Below, one piece after another: positions 38,125-50,034 of a DNA stretch of 64,000 nt. Source of the stretch: Podarcis liolepis (Eukaryota); the NCBI GenBank assembly GCA_965112155.1, contig OZ218110.1; one strand, given 5' to 3'. The notes under the pieces are model-generated. The model worked only from the letters and a program-made list of their open reading frames with translations, was not told the origin of the DNA and did not search any database. The position numbers and the translations under genes were made by a program. How positions within the stretch are numbered: position 1 is the first letter of the stretch; every line of letters begins with the position of its first letter.

Positions 38125-38694
38125 CATCCCGGTCCTGATAAGGCTCTAATCCCCTAAAGAGTGGGGAACAAGGCTGATATTGACTCATGAGTGAGGCAGG
38201 AGCCATTGTTATGCTTCCTAGCCCTGAGGATAGTTCAGTGATTTGTTTGGAGTGGGGTAGGAGACCCGAAGGACACAATATGGAAAAACTCCCTTCTCCA
38301 GCTTGTGTTTGACAACACTGGGCTTAGAATTATACTAGTCAAGACTCTCCTCCACCCAATCTAGAAATGCCCGGTGTAAATGGCATTCATTAAATTCATA
38401 TTAATTAACTTGCAAGTTAATTTCCTGCCTAATTAAGGAGCACGCTTTGCCGCAGCTACTCCTTCGTGTGGATTGCATCTGCCAAGTCATTAAATCATAC
38501 TGAGTAATTTTATAAAGCACGCTCGCATGAAGAGTTTCTGATTTGGGTCATGGGTTAAGTGTAAAGGGAATGGAGAGTGTTCTAGGCTAGGCAGGCAGGA
38601 GACAGAAAGTGAGACCTGTTTGGCTAGTTGCTCCTCCCCAGGGCCTTATACATCTGCCAGGGCTCCTTTGATAAGCACCTGACACCCTCCATTA

Positions 38695-39045
38695 AAGGGT
38701 AAAGGGACCCCTGACCATTAGGTCCAGTCGTCACCAACTCTGGGGTTGCAGCGCTCATCTCGCTTTATTGGCCGAGGGAGCTGGCGTACAGCTTCCGCGT
38801 CATGTGGCCAGCATGACTAAGCCATTTCTGGCAAACCAGAGCAGTGCACAAAAATGCCGTTTACCTTCCCGCCAGAGCGGTACCTATTTATCTACTTGCA
38901 CTTTGACGTGCTTTCGAACTGCTAGGTTGGCAGGAGCAGGGACTGAGGAACGGGAACTCACCCCGTTGCGGGGATTCGAACCACAGACCTTCTGATTGGC
39001 AAGCCCTAGGCTCTGTGGTTTAACCCACAGCGCCACCTGCGTCCC
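38695..39045 (-). mobile_element. Sauria SINE, full length
   Basis: 14-bp TSD GACACCCTCC(A/G)TTA at 38681-38694 and 39047-39060. Confidence 0.93.
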
Positions 39046-39732
39046 AGACACCCTCCGTTATAACTGGCCTTTTATCGGATTTGCAGCTGTGGCTCAGTGC
39101 TCTCTCCTTTCCTCCTGGAGGCCTCATGTGGAAATCCATCACAGGTAGAATAAATGTTTGATGGTGCCCTCTGTTTGAGGACTGTCCAGTCAGTTTGAAG
39201 ATAAGGAACTAGAAAAAGGGAAAGCGGGAGCCTTGAAGTTGCCCATCAGAAGCTGGCAGCAGCTGGTGCCTGCAACCAAGTCTCCCAGTGTCTTCGCCGT
39301 TACAGTGAGATGTATTGCATTTCTACTGAAATTATAGCAATTATTTCTAAATCTCCCATCTATGCATATGAATTCTCATGTGCAAATTAAATGCAAATTG
39401 GTGGCCTCTTTCCCCCCTCCCCCCACCATTATGGGAGGGGGGTGATAAAAGACCTTCTTCTTTGGCGACGCATTACTGGTCATCCTATTGCTTCTGCTTC
39501 AATGGTTCTCTGCCCTGGTATGCAGAGGGGCAAAGGCAACTGGGTAGGGAAGGAAATGGAGCAGGTGAGTCAAATGTTCTCCACCCAAAGGCAGTATTAA
39601 AACCCACAGTTTTCAAGCATCACCTAATACAGGTTGAGGGGGCCCCCACTGAATGCGTCTTGCCTAAGGATCCCCAGATTTTTGGGGCCAGCATTGTGGC
39701 CAAGGGTCATTTTTTAGAATCTGAAGAATGCC

Positions 39733-39946
39733 AGAGCCAGTGTGGTGTAATGGTTAGAGCACTGGGCTTGGACCTGGGAGTCCCAGGGTTTGAATCCCCA
39801 CTTGGCCATGGAACTCGCTGGTTGACCTTCGGCCAGCCCACCATCTCTAAGCCTAACCTACCTCACAGGGTTGCTGTGAGGATGAAGTGGAGAGGAAGAG
39901 AACCACATATACCACTTTGAGATCCTTGGGAGATAAAAGTGATATG
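39733..39946 (+). mobile_element. older Squam3/MIR-like CORE SINE
   Basis: AGAGCCAGTGTGGTGTAATGGTTAGAGC head; CCTACCTCACAGGGTTGCTGTGAGGAT core. Confidence 0.75.
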
Positions 39947-39948
39947 TA

Positions 39949-40059
39949 CAGTGGTACCTCGGGTTAAGTACTTAATTCGTTCCAGAGGTCCGTTCTTAAC
40001 CTGAAACTGTTCTTAACCTGAAGCACCACTTTAGCTAATGGGGCCTCCTGCTGCCACTG
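39949..40059. mobile_element. internally deleted copy of the 23380 Tigger-like MITE
   Basis: same 5' ~100 bp, ends CCACTG, TA flanks. Confidence 0.85.
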
Positions 40060-40080
40060 TAAATGGAATAACTAACTAAC

Positions 40081-40228
40081 ACAGGAAGCTAGCTTAGAAT
40101 GAGTTAGACCATGCATCCCTTTAGCTCAGTGTTACCTGCACTGGCTGTCTCCAGGGTTTCTGGCTGGCACTTTCCCCCACTCTACCTGGGCACACCAGTG
40201 GATTGAAGCTGAGACCTTCTGCATGCAA
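40081..40228 (-). mobile_element. Squam2-like SINE, head truncated at the adjacent Squam3 copy
   Basis: reverse complement of the 62943-type sequence (GCATGCAGAAGGTC...). Confidence 0.6.
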
Positions 40229-40526
40229 AGCCAGTGTGGTGCAGTGGTTAAGAGCAGTAGACTCGTAATCTGGTGAACCGGGTTCGCGTCTCCGCTCCTC
40301 CACATGCAGCTGCTGGGTGACCTTGGGCTAGTCACACTTCTCTGAAGTCTCTCAGCCCCACTCACCTCACAGAGTGTTTGTTGTGGGGGAGGAAAGGAAA
40401 GGAGATTGTTAGCCGCTTTGAGACTCCTTCGGGATATCAAATCCAAAGCGGGATATCAAATCCAAACTCCTCCTCCTCCTCTTCTTCTTCTTCTTCTTCT
40501 TCTTCTTCTTCTTCTTCTTCTTCTTC
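40229..40526 (+). mobile_element. Squam3-type SINE with duplicated 3' segment and long (CTT)n tail
   Basis: near-identical to the 81 and 47091 copies; CGGGATATCAAATCCAAA occurs twice. Confidence 0.88.
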
Positions 40527-41551
40527 ACACCAAGTTACAGTCTATCCTAGGATTCCCAGGCCCTCTGTGGATACAGGTTCCAACACATGCATCAAAATAT
40601 GCACAAACATTTTCTTGCTTTTCCTCCTTTGGTTTCAGATCCATTTTACTCACTTACCTATGAGGAGGTGGGGAGGGTGAGGGAGGATAAAACTCTGGAT
40701 AGTGGCAGCCAACTACATTTTTCTCAGAATAAACTCATTGACGCGAATGGACCTAACTTAGTCCTCCTAATTCTTATGAGTCTGCTGTGAGCAAAACTGA
40801 GCTGAAGACCAACCAGGGGCATTGCAGGTATGCAGCCTCCTTAGGCCAGTTCTGTAGAAAGACCAGTGCTGGGGAGGAGAGACAGAGGGAGAGGAGGATG
40901 TGTGCTTGCAAAACACCTGGCCAAACGCTGCCACTGGCCGCGGAATCGTGGGCTTGTTTTTGGGGTTGATGGATGGGCTTTACGGATTGCAGATGATAGA
41001 TGTCTCTGCCAAGCTGCTCATTTACAGGGCTTTGCAAAACTGCTGCCTGAAATTAAGTATTGGCATTTTCAGCAGGTGAGTCAGTCCTGTTTGAAAGAGG
41101 CTGCAGGGAGAACCATAAGGTCACCCTTTCCCTGCCCCCATTTCTCCAGACATAATTTACCTCTGGCCTGCCAATGGTCAGCAGGCCTCTCCACATAGAC
41201 CAACATCATTAGCACTGTCATGTGGAAGCGGAAGCGTTAGTAACAAATGGTTGGTTAGTAACTTTTCTGACTTTATTTACAAGGCATGCCATAAATGAAA
41301 CCCTGCATGTAAGTGGCCCCCTTGGCCCTTTCTATCGGCCCATATGGGACCAGCACGGGTGACCGGGCCTGGCGAATATTTAATATTCCTACCTTCATGG
41401 CTGTGATTCGTGGGTTGGCCACTTAATTTTATTTTGGTTTTACTGTGATTTTGAGCTGTGTTTTAATCAAGTGTTTGATTTTGTGTTTTTAATGTATTAT
41501 ATATTTGGTTTTAGCAACCCTGAGCCTTGGCCAGGGAGGGCGGGGTATACA

Positions 41552-41599
<48 letters not shown>

Positions 41600-44500
41600 C
41601 AGGGCTGTGGGTAAATTGTGATTCTGCAGGTGCACAAGTAAAAAAATGAGCATAAATCCAGTTTCCTAAGAATCTACTTGCTCTATTATCCCCCCCCCCA
41701 AAAAAAAACCCCACTGGATGCCATCTTTCATATATTTTTTTTAACCCCTCTTTAACTTGAAAAGCAAAATACGACACTTTTTGAAACCCATAATACTGCT
41801 GGGTCTTAAACTGGTGCAGAACCTCATGTCATCTATTCCTTACTTTTTCCTTTTGTGACTTGATTCGTGTTCTCCTTCACACTTTTCCTTATTTACCCCA
41901 CACAATAGATTCATCTTATCCCAATTCATGTATCAACCCATTTGTATATACCCACCGATCAGTGAATACCCAGAAAAAGGACAAATATATCTGTTTGAGA
42001 AAAGGCAACGCTTTTTAAACGCGGCTTGCAAACTCTTCAGACAGTGAACACATTGTATTAGATTAGTATTAAAGAATGTGTTCGGAGAGGTATGTCTGCT
42101 CATTGATAGGATATCAAGATTTGGATTGATGATGGAGGGAGTCACCGCCGCATGGAGGATGCCCTTGCACCACTCACCTCTGTTGATGTACACAGTTGGA
42201 TCAAATTTTAGCATCAAAAAGGAGGTGTGCATGAGGGTAGCTAGGGCTCTCCACCCTCCGATATCTTGCTTCCCTACAATCCGTCTTCTATCAGAACCCT
42301 GGCACCTCCTTCTGAAAGCCCAAGAAGCTTCTGTCTGGCTAAGAGATGGAGGCGTGATGCCCACATGCATGATGCCAGGACGTCAAGATGTCATGCGCCC
42401 CCTCCCCAATCTCCCTCGCAAGCTGGCACTTCTGGCCCTACGGAAAATTTCAGTGCATGCCACTGCTGCCAACCTCTCTACCTAATTTATATCTTGGCTT
42501 TCCTCTGAAGAATCTTAGGGTGGAATGCACAGTTCCACAGCAACTGGAGGTCTCAGAGCTGTGAATTTATTTCCCGCACATTTTCAGCCAGGCAGACTCA
42601 AGAGGAATGCCTCTTAGCGTGCACAGAAAATCTTCCCAGTAGCAGAAAACCATCTAAACTGAGGATGCTCACAGTCAAAGGATGCAGCTTCCCAGAAAGC
42701 TCCAGAGCTTCTAAACTAGAGTCATCTGTCCAGTAAATATGTGACGAAATGCTTCCCTCCCCTCTTTGGCTGGGAAAGGAACCTGCCTTCTTGTTTCTCA
42801 TTTTTTTTCCACCCTAAAGGACCTCTTTCCTTTTGCTTTGGTAGCTGCCGCGTGCCCTTGGGTGCCAGCCGTGATGGATGGCCGCTGCTTTCCCCTGCCA
42901 TTTGTCATGCCCAAACCTGTAGTGCCAGTGGCTTCTTGGGCTCCTCGTCCATTAATATCCCAGAGAGTGTCTGGGTGATGCACTGTTTGCTTGCCGCTTG
43001 CTACACACCTGCCAAGATTGATACAGCAAAGAAAGCGGCAAGCAGATGGGAAGATGCACAAGCGAGCCAACCCATAATCAAACTGTCCGTTACATGGCAG
43101 AGTGGTGGTGCTGGTGGGAACTATTAGCAAGATGTTCAGCCCTGGGGGTCCTAAGTTAAATCAGTGGTGCTGTTACATAATTTTAGACTCTGGACTTAAT
43201 GGTGACACCGGTTTTTCCAGTCTTAAATTGTTTCACAGGAGCATCCCCCCTCATTAGATGATTGTGTGCCAACCCTGCTGTGTTTAGGGGCCTTCCTGCT
43301 CATTCTGCTGAGTCCTGCTGAGTCCCAGTCCTGCTCTGGTGGCACCACTGAGTTCAATTAATTGCAGAAGCGCTCCATAACATCAATGGAGGGAAAATAA
43401 AGGAGTGCAGCTCTTGAACTTTTTTTAGTGATGGCATTATCTTCCGGAGCGCCAGGGCAAGTGGTTTGATGAGGGAATAAGTTGACCATGAAGCTTTCCA
43501 CTTTTACTATTATTTATGACAGATTAGCATAGAGAATAAGGGAAACAGCCAAGCAGAGGCTAGGCACTTCTTTCCTTTCCTTTGATGGAATCCCTACTTC
43601 AGGCACAGAGTTTTAATGATAACCCTTCTTTACAAAACTGTTTGTGTTTCTAATTAAAAGCTAAATGTCGCATTTCAGCTGCCTTAAAATCAGTGTGTTT
43701 TACAAGGTGAATCTGTGCTGTCAAAAGCAAGCACCACTGAGTATGTTGCAGCGTACTCCCAGAAAACTATACAATTACAGCCAACTTTTTTTCCAAGGGT
43801 GTGTACATTTCATTGTTTGTTTGTTTTGTAACAGAAGAAAATCCTTAATAAAAACAAATTAAAAACAAAGCAAAACTATACTCCCAGGAAGCTATATAAT
43901 TAATTTCATGCTGATCCTAATGAACTGGGTATTGTGCTATGTATTGCTGCTCATGTGTCTGTTTGTAATTATTATTATTTTCTTATATATTAATTTATGT
44001 ACCACTAATATGCCAGATTGGCTTCTAAGGTGTTTGCAACTATGAAATCAATACATAACTAAAATACCCAATAACAAGTCCATTGGGGCACTAAAACATC
44101 CTTAATTTAAATATATGGAAAGCAAAACATTATAATTAAAACGGCTTTTTAAAAAGTTAAAATAATTTTTGCTGTTCATTTATATACCATATTTATTAAT
44201 CTGAATACCCATAATGATATATAGGATCAACACAGCATTCTATATTGAGTGGAAGAATGCAGCTGCCTGCATGTTTTTATTCTCTTTATGGCATGGCTGT
44301 GGGTTCCAGGGGGAAAGGGGGTATGGGGCCTGTAATCTTATTTCTAGGTTGCTTTCTATAAAAACATCTTTAAGTGGTGTAGAGCAAACCAAAGCATATC
44401 ATAACAACACTGAAAGCATGCCATGAAATACCAAAATAAAATATAGCCTCTTAAAATACAAAAGGGCAGTCTCCACCTTTAACAATCCAGGAAAGCCTGA

Positions 44501-45058
44501 GCAAAAAAGCGTATCTTCAAGAGACTTTGAAGCAGGGAGGGATGGAAATCACACAAGAGAATGTTTGAGTGGTATTCCCTGTTGTTTTAGTCTTCAAGCA
44601 TTATGTCAACAATTACACTATTTCCCGCCTTCTTTTTGGCATGTCCCTTCCATTGAAATGCATTTGAATCAATTGTGTGATTCGTTATGTAATTAATTTT
44701 GTTAGTTTCGGCCATAGCAGATAGGTTTTAGCAGGAGCCGGGGAGAAGCCGAACAGCAGCAGAAGGCAAACAGCGCTGATTGTGACAAACACAGGACAGC
44801 ACAGAAACTGCTGCCTCCATACATCTCTAGACACAGGTGACCCAATAGCACATCCCAGCTATGAATTCCTGGACTTCAGAATTTAGCATGACACCACCGC
44901 ATTGCATTCTACTGGGGCTCTTCAGCAGCTCCTGTTTATATCGGTGGAGACAGTGTAGCTGAAGTCTTTGTGACTTGTGCCTTGCGTGAGGCCAGCATAA
45001 TATCCCTAACTCTGGGTTGTGATATCAGGTAGTGAAAGATGTATTTACTGGAAGTGTC

Positions 45059-45342
45059 TTTTTGTTGTTGTTGTTGTTGTTGTTTTTTGAAAATAATATT
45101 TATTACTTTTCCAACAATTTAAACACAACACTACAAAAAAAACAATACAATACAAAAACACTACATAACACTGACACATAACCAAACAAAAACAGCTTAA
45201 AACACATCAAACAATTTCAATATCTTATCTTTCATTCACTTATTTCAACGACCTCCTCACACCTCCCTTTTTGTATTCCACTTCTGTTAATTGTTTCCGC
45301 AATTCCTTTCCATCTTACTAAAGCCATAGAACGGAGTTATGC
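45059..45342 (-). mobile_element. 5'-truncated L1-type 3' end with TSD
   Basis: 14-bp TSD TTACTGGAAGTGTC (45045-45058, 45343-45356); AATAAA and (AAC)n/A tail on the minus strand. Confidence 0.82.
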
Positions 45343-45386
45343 TTACTGGAAGTGTCAATGGAGGGTTTTTAAAATCAATCAATCAA

Positions 45387-45537
45387 GGGGCGTGGGTGGC
45401 ACTGTGGTCTAAACCACATGACCCAGAAAGATGTCTGTGGACAAACGCCGGCTCCCTCGGCCTGAAAGCGAGATGAGCGTTGCAACCCCATAGTCACCTT
45501 TGATTGGACTTAACTGTCCAGGGGTCCTTTACCTTTT
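45387..45537 (+). mobile_element. Sauria SINE with large internal deletion
   Basis: head ...CTAAACCACA joined directly to TGACCCAGAA; ACCTTT tail. Confidence 0.8.
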
Positions 45538-45542
45538 GAAAT

Positions 45543-45608
45543 GAAGGAAGGAAGGAAGGAAGGAAGGAAGGAAGGAAGGAAGGAAGGAAGGAAGGAAGGA
45601 AGGAAGGA
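45543..45608. repeat. (GAAG)n microsatellite
   Basis: direct inspection. Confidence 0.95.
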
Positions 45609-46572
45609 TAATTCTCAGGCTCTATCTGTTAATTGATCCCATTTGCAAACTGCGATTGACATTCATCAGTACGCCTTTGGAGAGGGCCCAGAAGAAAGGA
45701 GACAGTTTTAAGTGTGAGGTGACTTGGTATTTTATAAGCAAAAGCTAGGACCAACCAAGGGGGGGGGAGTGGGGGCATGCAATGAAAAGTTGTGATGTGG
45801 AATGCTCCTGTTCAAGGATCCATCCTATCGTGTTCCAGGATACTCCATTACATTCCTCCTGCCTGCTGTTTTTCCATTCCCCTCCCTTGCTGCCAGCACT
45901 CTGTGGCCAGTGAAGCATACTTAGTTCCCACTGGGCTGTTTTTATCCCCACACGCAAACACTTTCGGAAGGATTCTAAATAATTTTTTGTACTTCTGCAA
46001 ATCTTGGGGTGCTTCCAAGCCCACTGGCTGCCAGCCTCTTTCTTGTGTATGGATAGTGCCATTCTGACTACATAAGGATCCACACTCAGAGAACTGCATT
46101 TCTTTGATATTATTTCCTCTTTCAATGCGCTTGGGAAATTTTGAATATGGAGTCATTCTCCTGTGGTCTTAAATTGCCAAACAGTGTGACTGACAGGCAA
46201 GGATGCAAGAAACTCTTCAATTTCAGTTCCTCATGTTTTTCATCATTCCACTCTTAAATTCGGTTCTCCACATCTCTGCAGTATGTTATGATTTATTTAT
46301 TTTTAAACAATCCTCCTGAAAACTTGTCTGTATTTTACTATGTGTTTCTTCCAATATGCAGCCTTTTTAATGCGACTTTGACTTTTTTTCAAAAAGTTTC
46401 ACCTAATACAATGCACTTTGCATGTAATTTTCACTCCCATGTGCATCTTTCCCCCTAATATTATTCATTTTGTACTTTCTGTTTGGCTGGAGAACTGCCT
46501 TGCAAAATTTGGAGAAATGGAAATTTCAAAGGATAGCTGTGTTTTAATTCTCATATTCATGCAAATAAGGTA

Positions 46573-46901
46573 AAAAGGTAAAGGGATCCCTGACCATTAG
46601 GTGCAGTCGTGACCGACTCTGGGGTTGTGGCGCTCATCTCGCTTTATTGGCCAAGGGAGCCGGCGTACAGCTTCCGGGTCATGTGGCAAGCATGACTAAG
46701 CCGCTTCTGGCGAACCCTACCTTCCCGCCAGAGCGGTACCTATTTATCTACTTGCACTTTGACATGCTTTCGAACTGCTAGGTTGGCAGGAGCAGAGACC
46801 GAGCAATGGGAGCTCAACCTGTTGCGGGGATTCGAACCGCCGACCTTCTGATCGGCAAGTCCTAGGCTCTGTGGTTTAACCCACAGCGCCACCCGCGTCC
46901 C
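46573..46901 (-). mobile_element. Sauria SINE nested in an AT-rich DNA element
   Basis: 13-bp TSD TGCAAATAAGGTA (46560-46572, 46902-46914). Confidence 0.93.
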
Positions 46902-47090
46902 TGCAAATAAGGTAGTTTCTCATTAAAATCAAACAACAACAGTTCTCTCATCCAGCCCTACCGACAAGCTACATGGGTGTGCCGCTGGAAATCAATTAAA
47001 CTGCTGAGGCTGCAAACAATGTCACGCTTAGCTGAGAGCAAGCCCCAGCAAACTCAGTGGGGCTTGATTCGGAGTAAACATGCATAGACT

Positions 47091-47352
47091 GAGAGCCAGT
47101 GTGGTGTAGTGGTTAAGAGCGGTAGTCACGTAATCTGGGAAACCGGGTTCGCGTCTCCGCTCCTCCACATGCAGCTGCTGGGTGACCTTGGGCCAGTCAC
47201 ACTTCTGTGAAGTCTCTCAGCCCCACTCACCTCACAGAGTGTTTGTTGTGGGGGAGGAAGGGAAAGGAGAATGTTAGCCGCTTTGAGACTCCTGAAGGGG
47301 AGTGAAAGGCGGGATATCAAATCCAAACTCTTCTTCTTCTTCTTCTTCTTCT
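47091..47352 (+). mobile_element. Squam3-type SINE
   Basis: near-identical to 81-333; (CTT)n tail. Confidence 0.88.
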
Positions 47353-47521
47353 TAGGCTTGCTCTGCAAAAGCTGTTGTGGTTCCCAAGGATCCAGTGGTG
47401 CAATTAGTTAATTTTTATCACTCTGGACTTTGTGGACTTAATTTTTGTGGCGGCGGGGTGTGTGTGTGTGTGTGTGTGTCTTTAGATGGTAAATGTGCAT
47501 TGTTTCACTTATTTCAAAATT

Positions 47522-48035
47522 CAGTGGTACCTTGGGTCTCAAAATGCCTTGGTACTCAAACAACTTGGATCCCAAACACTGCAAACCCAGAAGTAAGTGT
47601 TCCAGTTTGCGAACTTTTTTCAGAAGCTGAATGTGCTCCATTTTGAGTGTTATGCTTCTGATTTGAATGACACACTTTCATTTTGAGTGCCACGCTTCCG
47701 TTTCGAGTATTATGCTGAGGTCTGTCTATTTTTGCTATTTATTTTGTGTTTTTGTGGCTCTTTTTGTTTTTGTGACTGTGTGGAACCCAGTTCAGCTACT
47801 GATGGCTTGTGTGACTGCAATACATTGTTTATTGCTTTCATTTTATGGATCTATGTTCTTGTTAGATAGTAAAATTCATGTTAAATTGCTGTATTAGGGG
47901 TTGTTTTTAAAAGTCTGGAACGGATTAATCCATTTTGCATTACTTTCTGTGGGAAAGTGCACCTTGGTTTTGGAATGCTTTGGTTTTAGAACGGACTTCC
48001 AGAATGGATTAAGTTTGAGGACCAGGGTACCACTG
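47522..48035. mobile_element. Tc1/mariner (Tigger-like) non-autonomous element
   Basis: TIR CAGTGGTACCTTGG/CCAGGGTACCACTG, followed by TA. Confidence 0.8.
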
Positions 48036-49055
48036 TATGCTAAGCCAACTCTACTGTCCAGCTGTCCAGCTGCCCTAAAGTTCTGCCCTAATGGCACGAC
48101 TACTAAGTCTCACTGTGTGCTTTAATGGGGCTTATCCCCAAATAAAGGTGCCAAAGTTTGCAGCCTAAGTTATACTTGAGACAGGTAGTGCTTGCCTGGA
48201 CACACAGAGAATTCTTTGCCTACCACAGAAGGTGGTCGTATGGATATATAAATGAAATTAGAGTTCGGAAACACTTTTTACAAAGAAAAGTGCTAGAGAA
48301 ATGGCTATGAATAAGTTTTTTAAAAATACATCAGGGCCCAGAGCTGTGGTTAATGGTTATTTTTATTCCTTATCGTCTAGCTTTCTTCCAGCAGGATCAG
48401 AATCCAATTTTGACAGAGGCAGGCACTCAAAAGCTTTCAAAAGGCACAGGTTTTTTTCCTCCCTGCCACAATGGCCAGTAACGAAATAAACGCAGCAGGG
48501 ACTTAACTTAAAAACCACAGAGCCGGTTCCAAGTAAAATATAAATGATACACCCATACACTCTGCTTAATGGAACTCTAAGTACAATGAAGTTAAAATGA
48601 TTTCATGCAAGCTTTATTTCATCCTTTAGCCACAAAGCATTTTACCTCTGTCCTTTTTTTCCTTTTATGGTGTGAAATACAGAAAAGTCGTGGGCATCTG
48701 TGACGAGCTGGGCAGGATGTGTTTGACAGGCCACGAGAAACATGACATTACTCATGTTTGTTTGTTTTTTAAGTGTGCTTCAGCATGTCGCATTTGCTTG
48801 GAAGGAAAAGCACACCTATCTGGAGCATGCTCCTTGTCTCTGAACCTGTGCCAACTTCCCACCCAAAATTGCACACACACTCCTCCCAGCAGCCGTTTGT
48901 CATTGAAGGTGATGATTGCAGCAAAAGTTCAAGGCTAAGAGTTGTTACCCAAATGGGGTTCTGCCCCATGATTTCTAGGCCCATGAGAGTCTTTTTCCTT
49001 TCGTCCCACCTGTTTCCCTAGGAAAACCTGCAGTTTACTGCAGAATCGGAACATA

Positions 49056-49240
49056 TGTTAACTCTGAGTCACAATTCACATCTTGGAAGTTTAGACAGCC
49101 AATCAGATTGGGAGTGGGAGTGGCCCAGGCTTTCAGAAATGTATATAAGGAGTTGCTTTGCACCTGTTGTCCAGTTCTGTTAGTTCAATAAAGGTTTTTG
49201 CTGTTATCACTGTGTCTTGTCTTGTGGGAACCCACCTTCA
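49056..49240 (+). mobile_element. LTR-like fragment
   Basis: CCAATCAG (49099), TATATAAG (49142) and AATAAA (49187) in LTR order, ends CA; boundaries uncertain. Confidence 0.45.
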
Positions 49241-49989
49241 CTTAGTCTAGGTAAAAGCCAAAAGTACATGTTTCTGCTGCTCCCTTTCATTTACATCTTG
49301 TAATTGCTGTGGATTTCTCTCATGCAAGGTGTGGAGGGATGTCCTCTGCTCTTGGGCACAGGGAAGCCTGTCGGATGACAAGGACAATCAAAGTTGATTA
49401 AGTGGGCAATTAGTTGCGGAAGGAAGCCCTGTAACGAATCTGTCTCTAGCCACCAAGACGGCATATTGCTTGCAACATGCTCTTTTAAGTAGGAGCAGCT
49501 GGTGGAAAGAGAGCTTTTCCCCTAGTGCTGACTTGGTTAAATCAGGCATCAGTAGCTTCCTGCACCCTCAGGTTGGTGTAGAAGCAGGATTCTTTTAGAG
49601 TGTTGCATATATGATTCTTGAGAGTGTTGCAAGTGCTTCAGAAGGACCCAGGTATTGAATGCTAAGTGTGTGTCCTGGCCACTGAGCCTCGGAAGCTACG
49701 TAGCTACACAGAAATTTTCCAAGGAAGCAGTTTTGTAGCATGATAATTAAGAAGCAAGCCTGCTATCACACGATAATTGTTCTCTTCCAAACAAATGTGT
49801 TTTGGACTGGAAACCAGTTAATTTTGAAAGTTTCCTAAAATCGAAGAGCACGGCAGCAGAACAGCTGAAGTATGCATGGGATCTGAAATGAATAATGATT
49901 AGATTTTCAACATCCAATAATCCAGCTGTGTATTTGAATATATTCTGGGAGTTGCGTTGCTGTGTTACGAAAAGTGGCTTTCCATATTT

Positions 49990-49993
<4 letters not shown>

Positions 49994-50033
<40 letters not shown>
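49994..50033. repeat. (TG)n microsatellite
   Basis: direct inspection. Confidence 0.95.

Positions 50034-50034
<1 letters not shown>

Noticed and set aside
39378-39920. 180-aa ORF
   Set aside because: Runs through MITE- and SINE-derived sequence; no homology recognised
41933-42485. Overlapping 135-145 aa ORFs on both strands
   Set aside because: No recognisable motifs and they overlap probable MITE sequence; consistent with chance intronic ORFs
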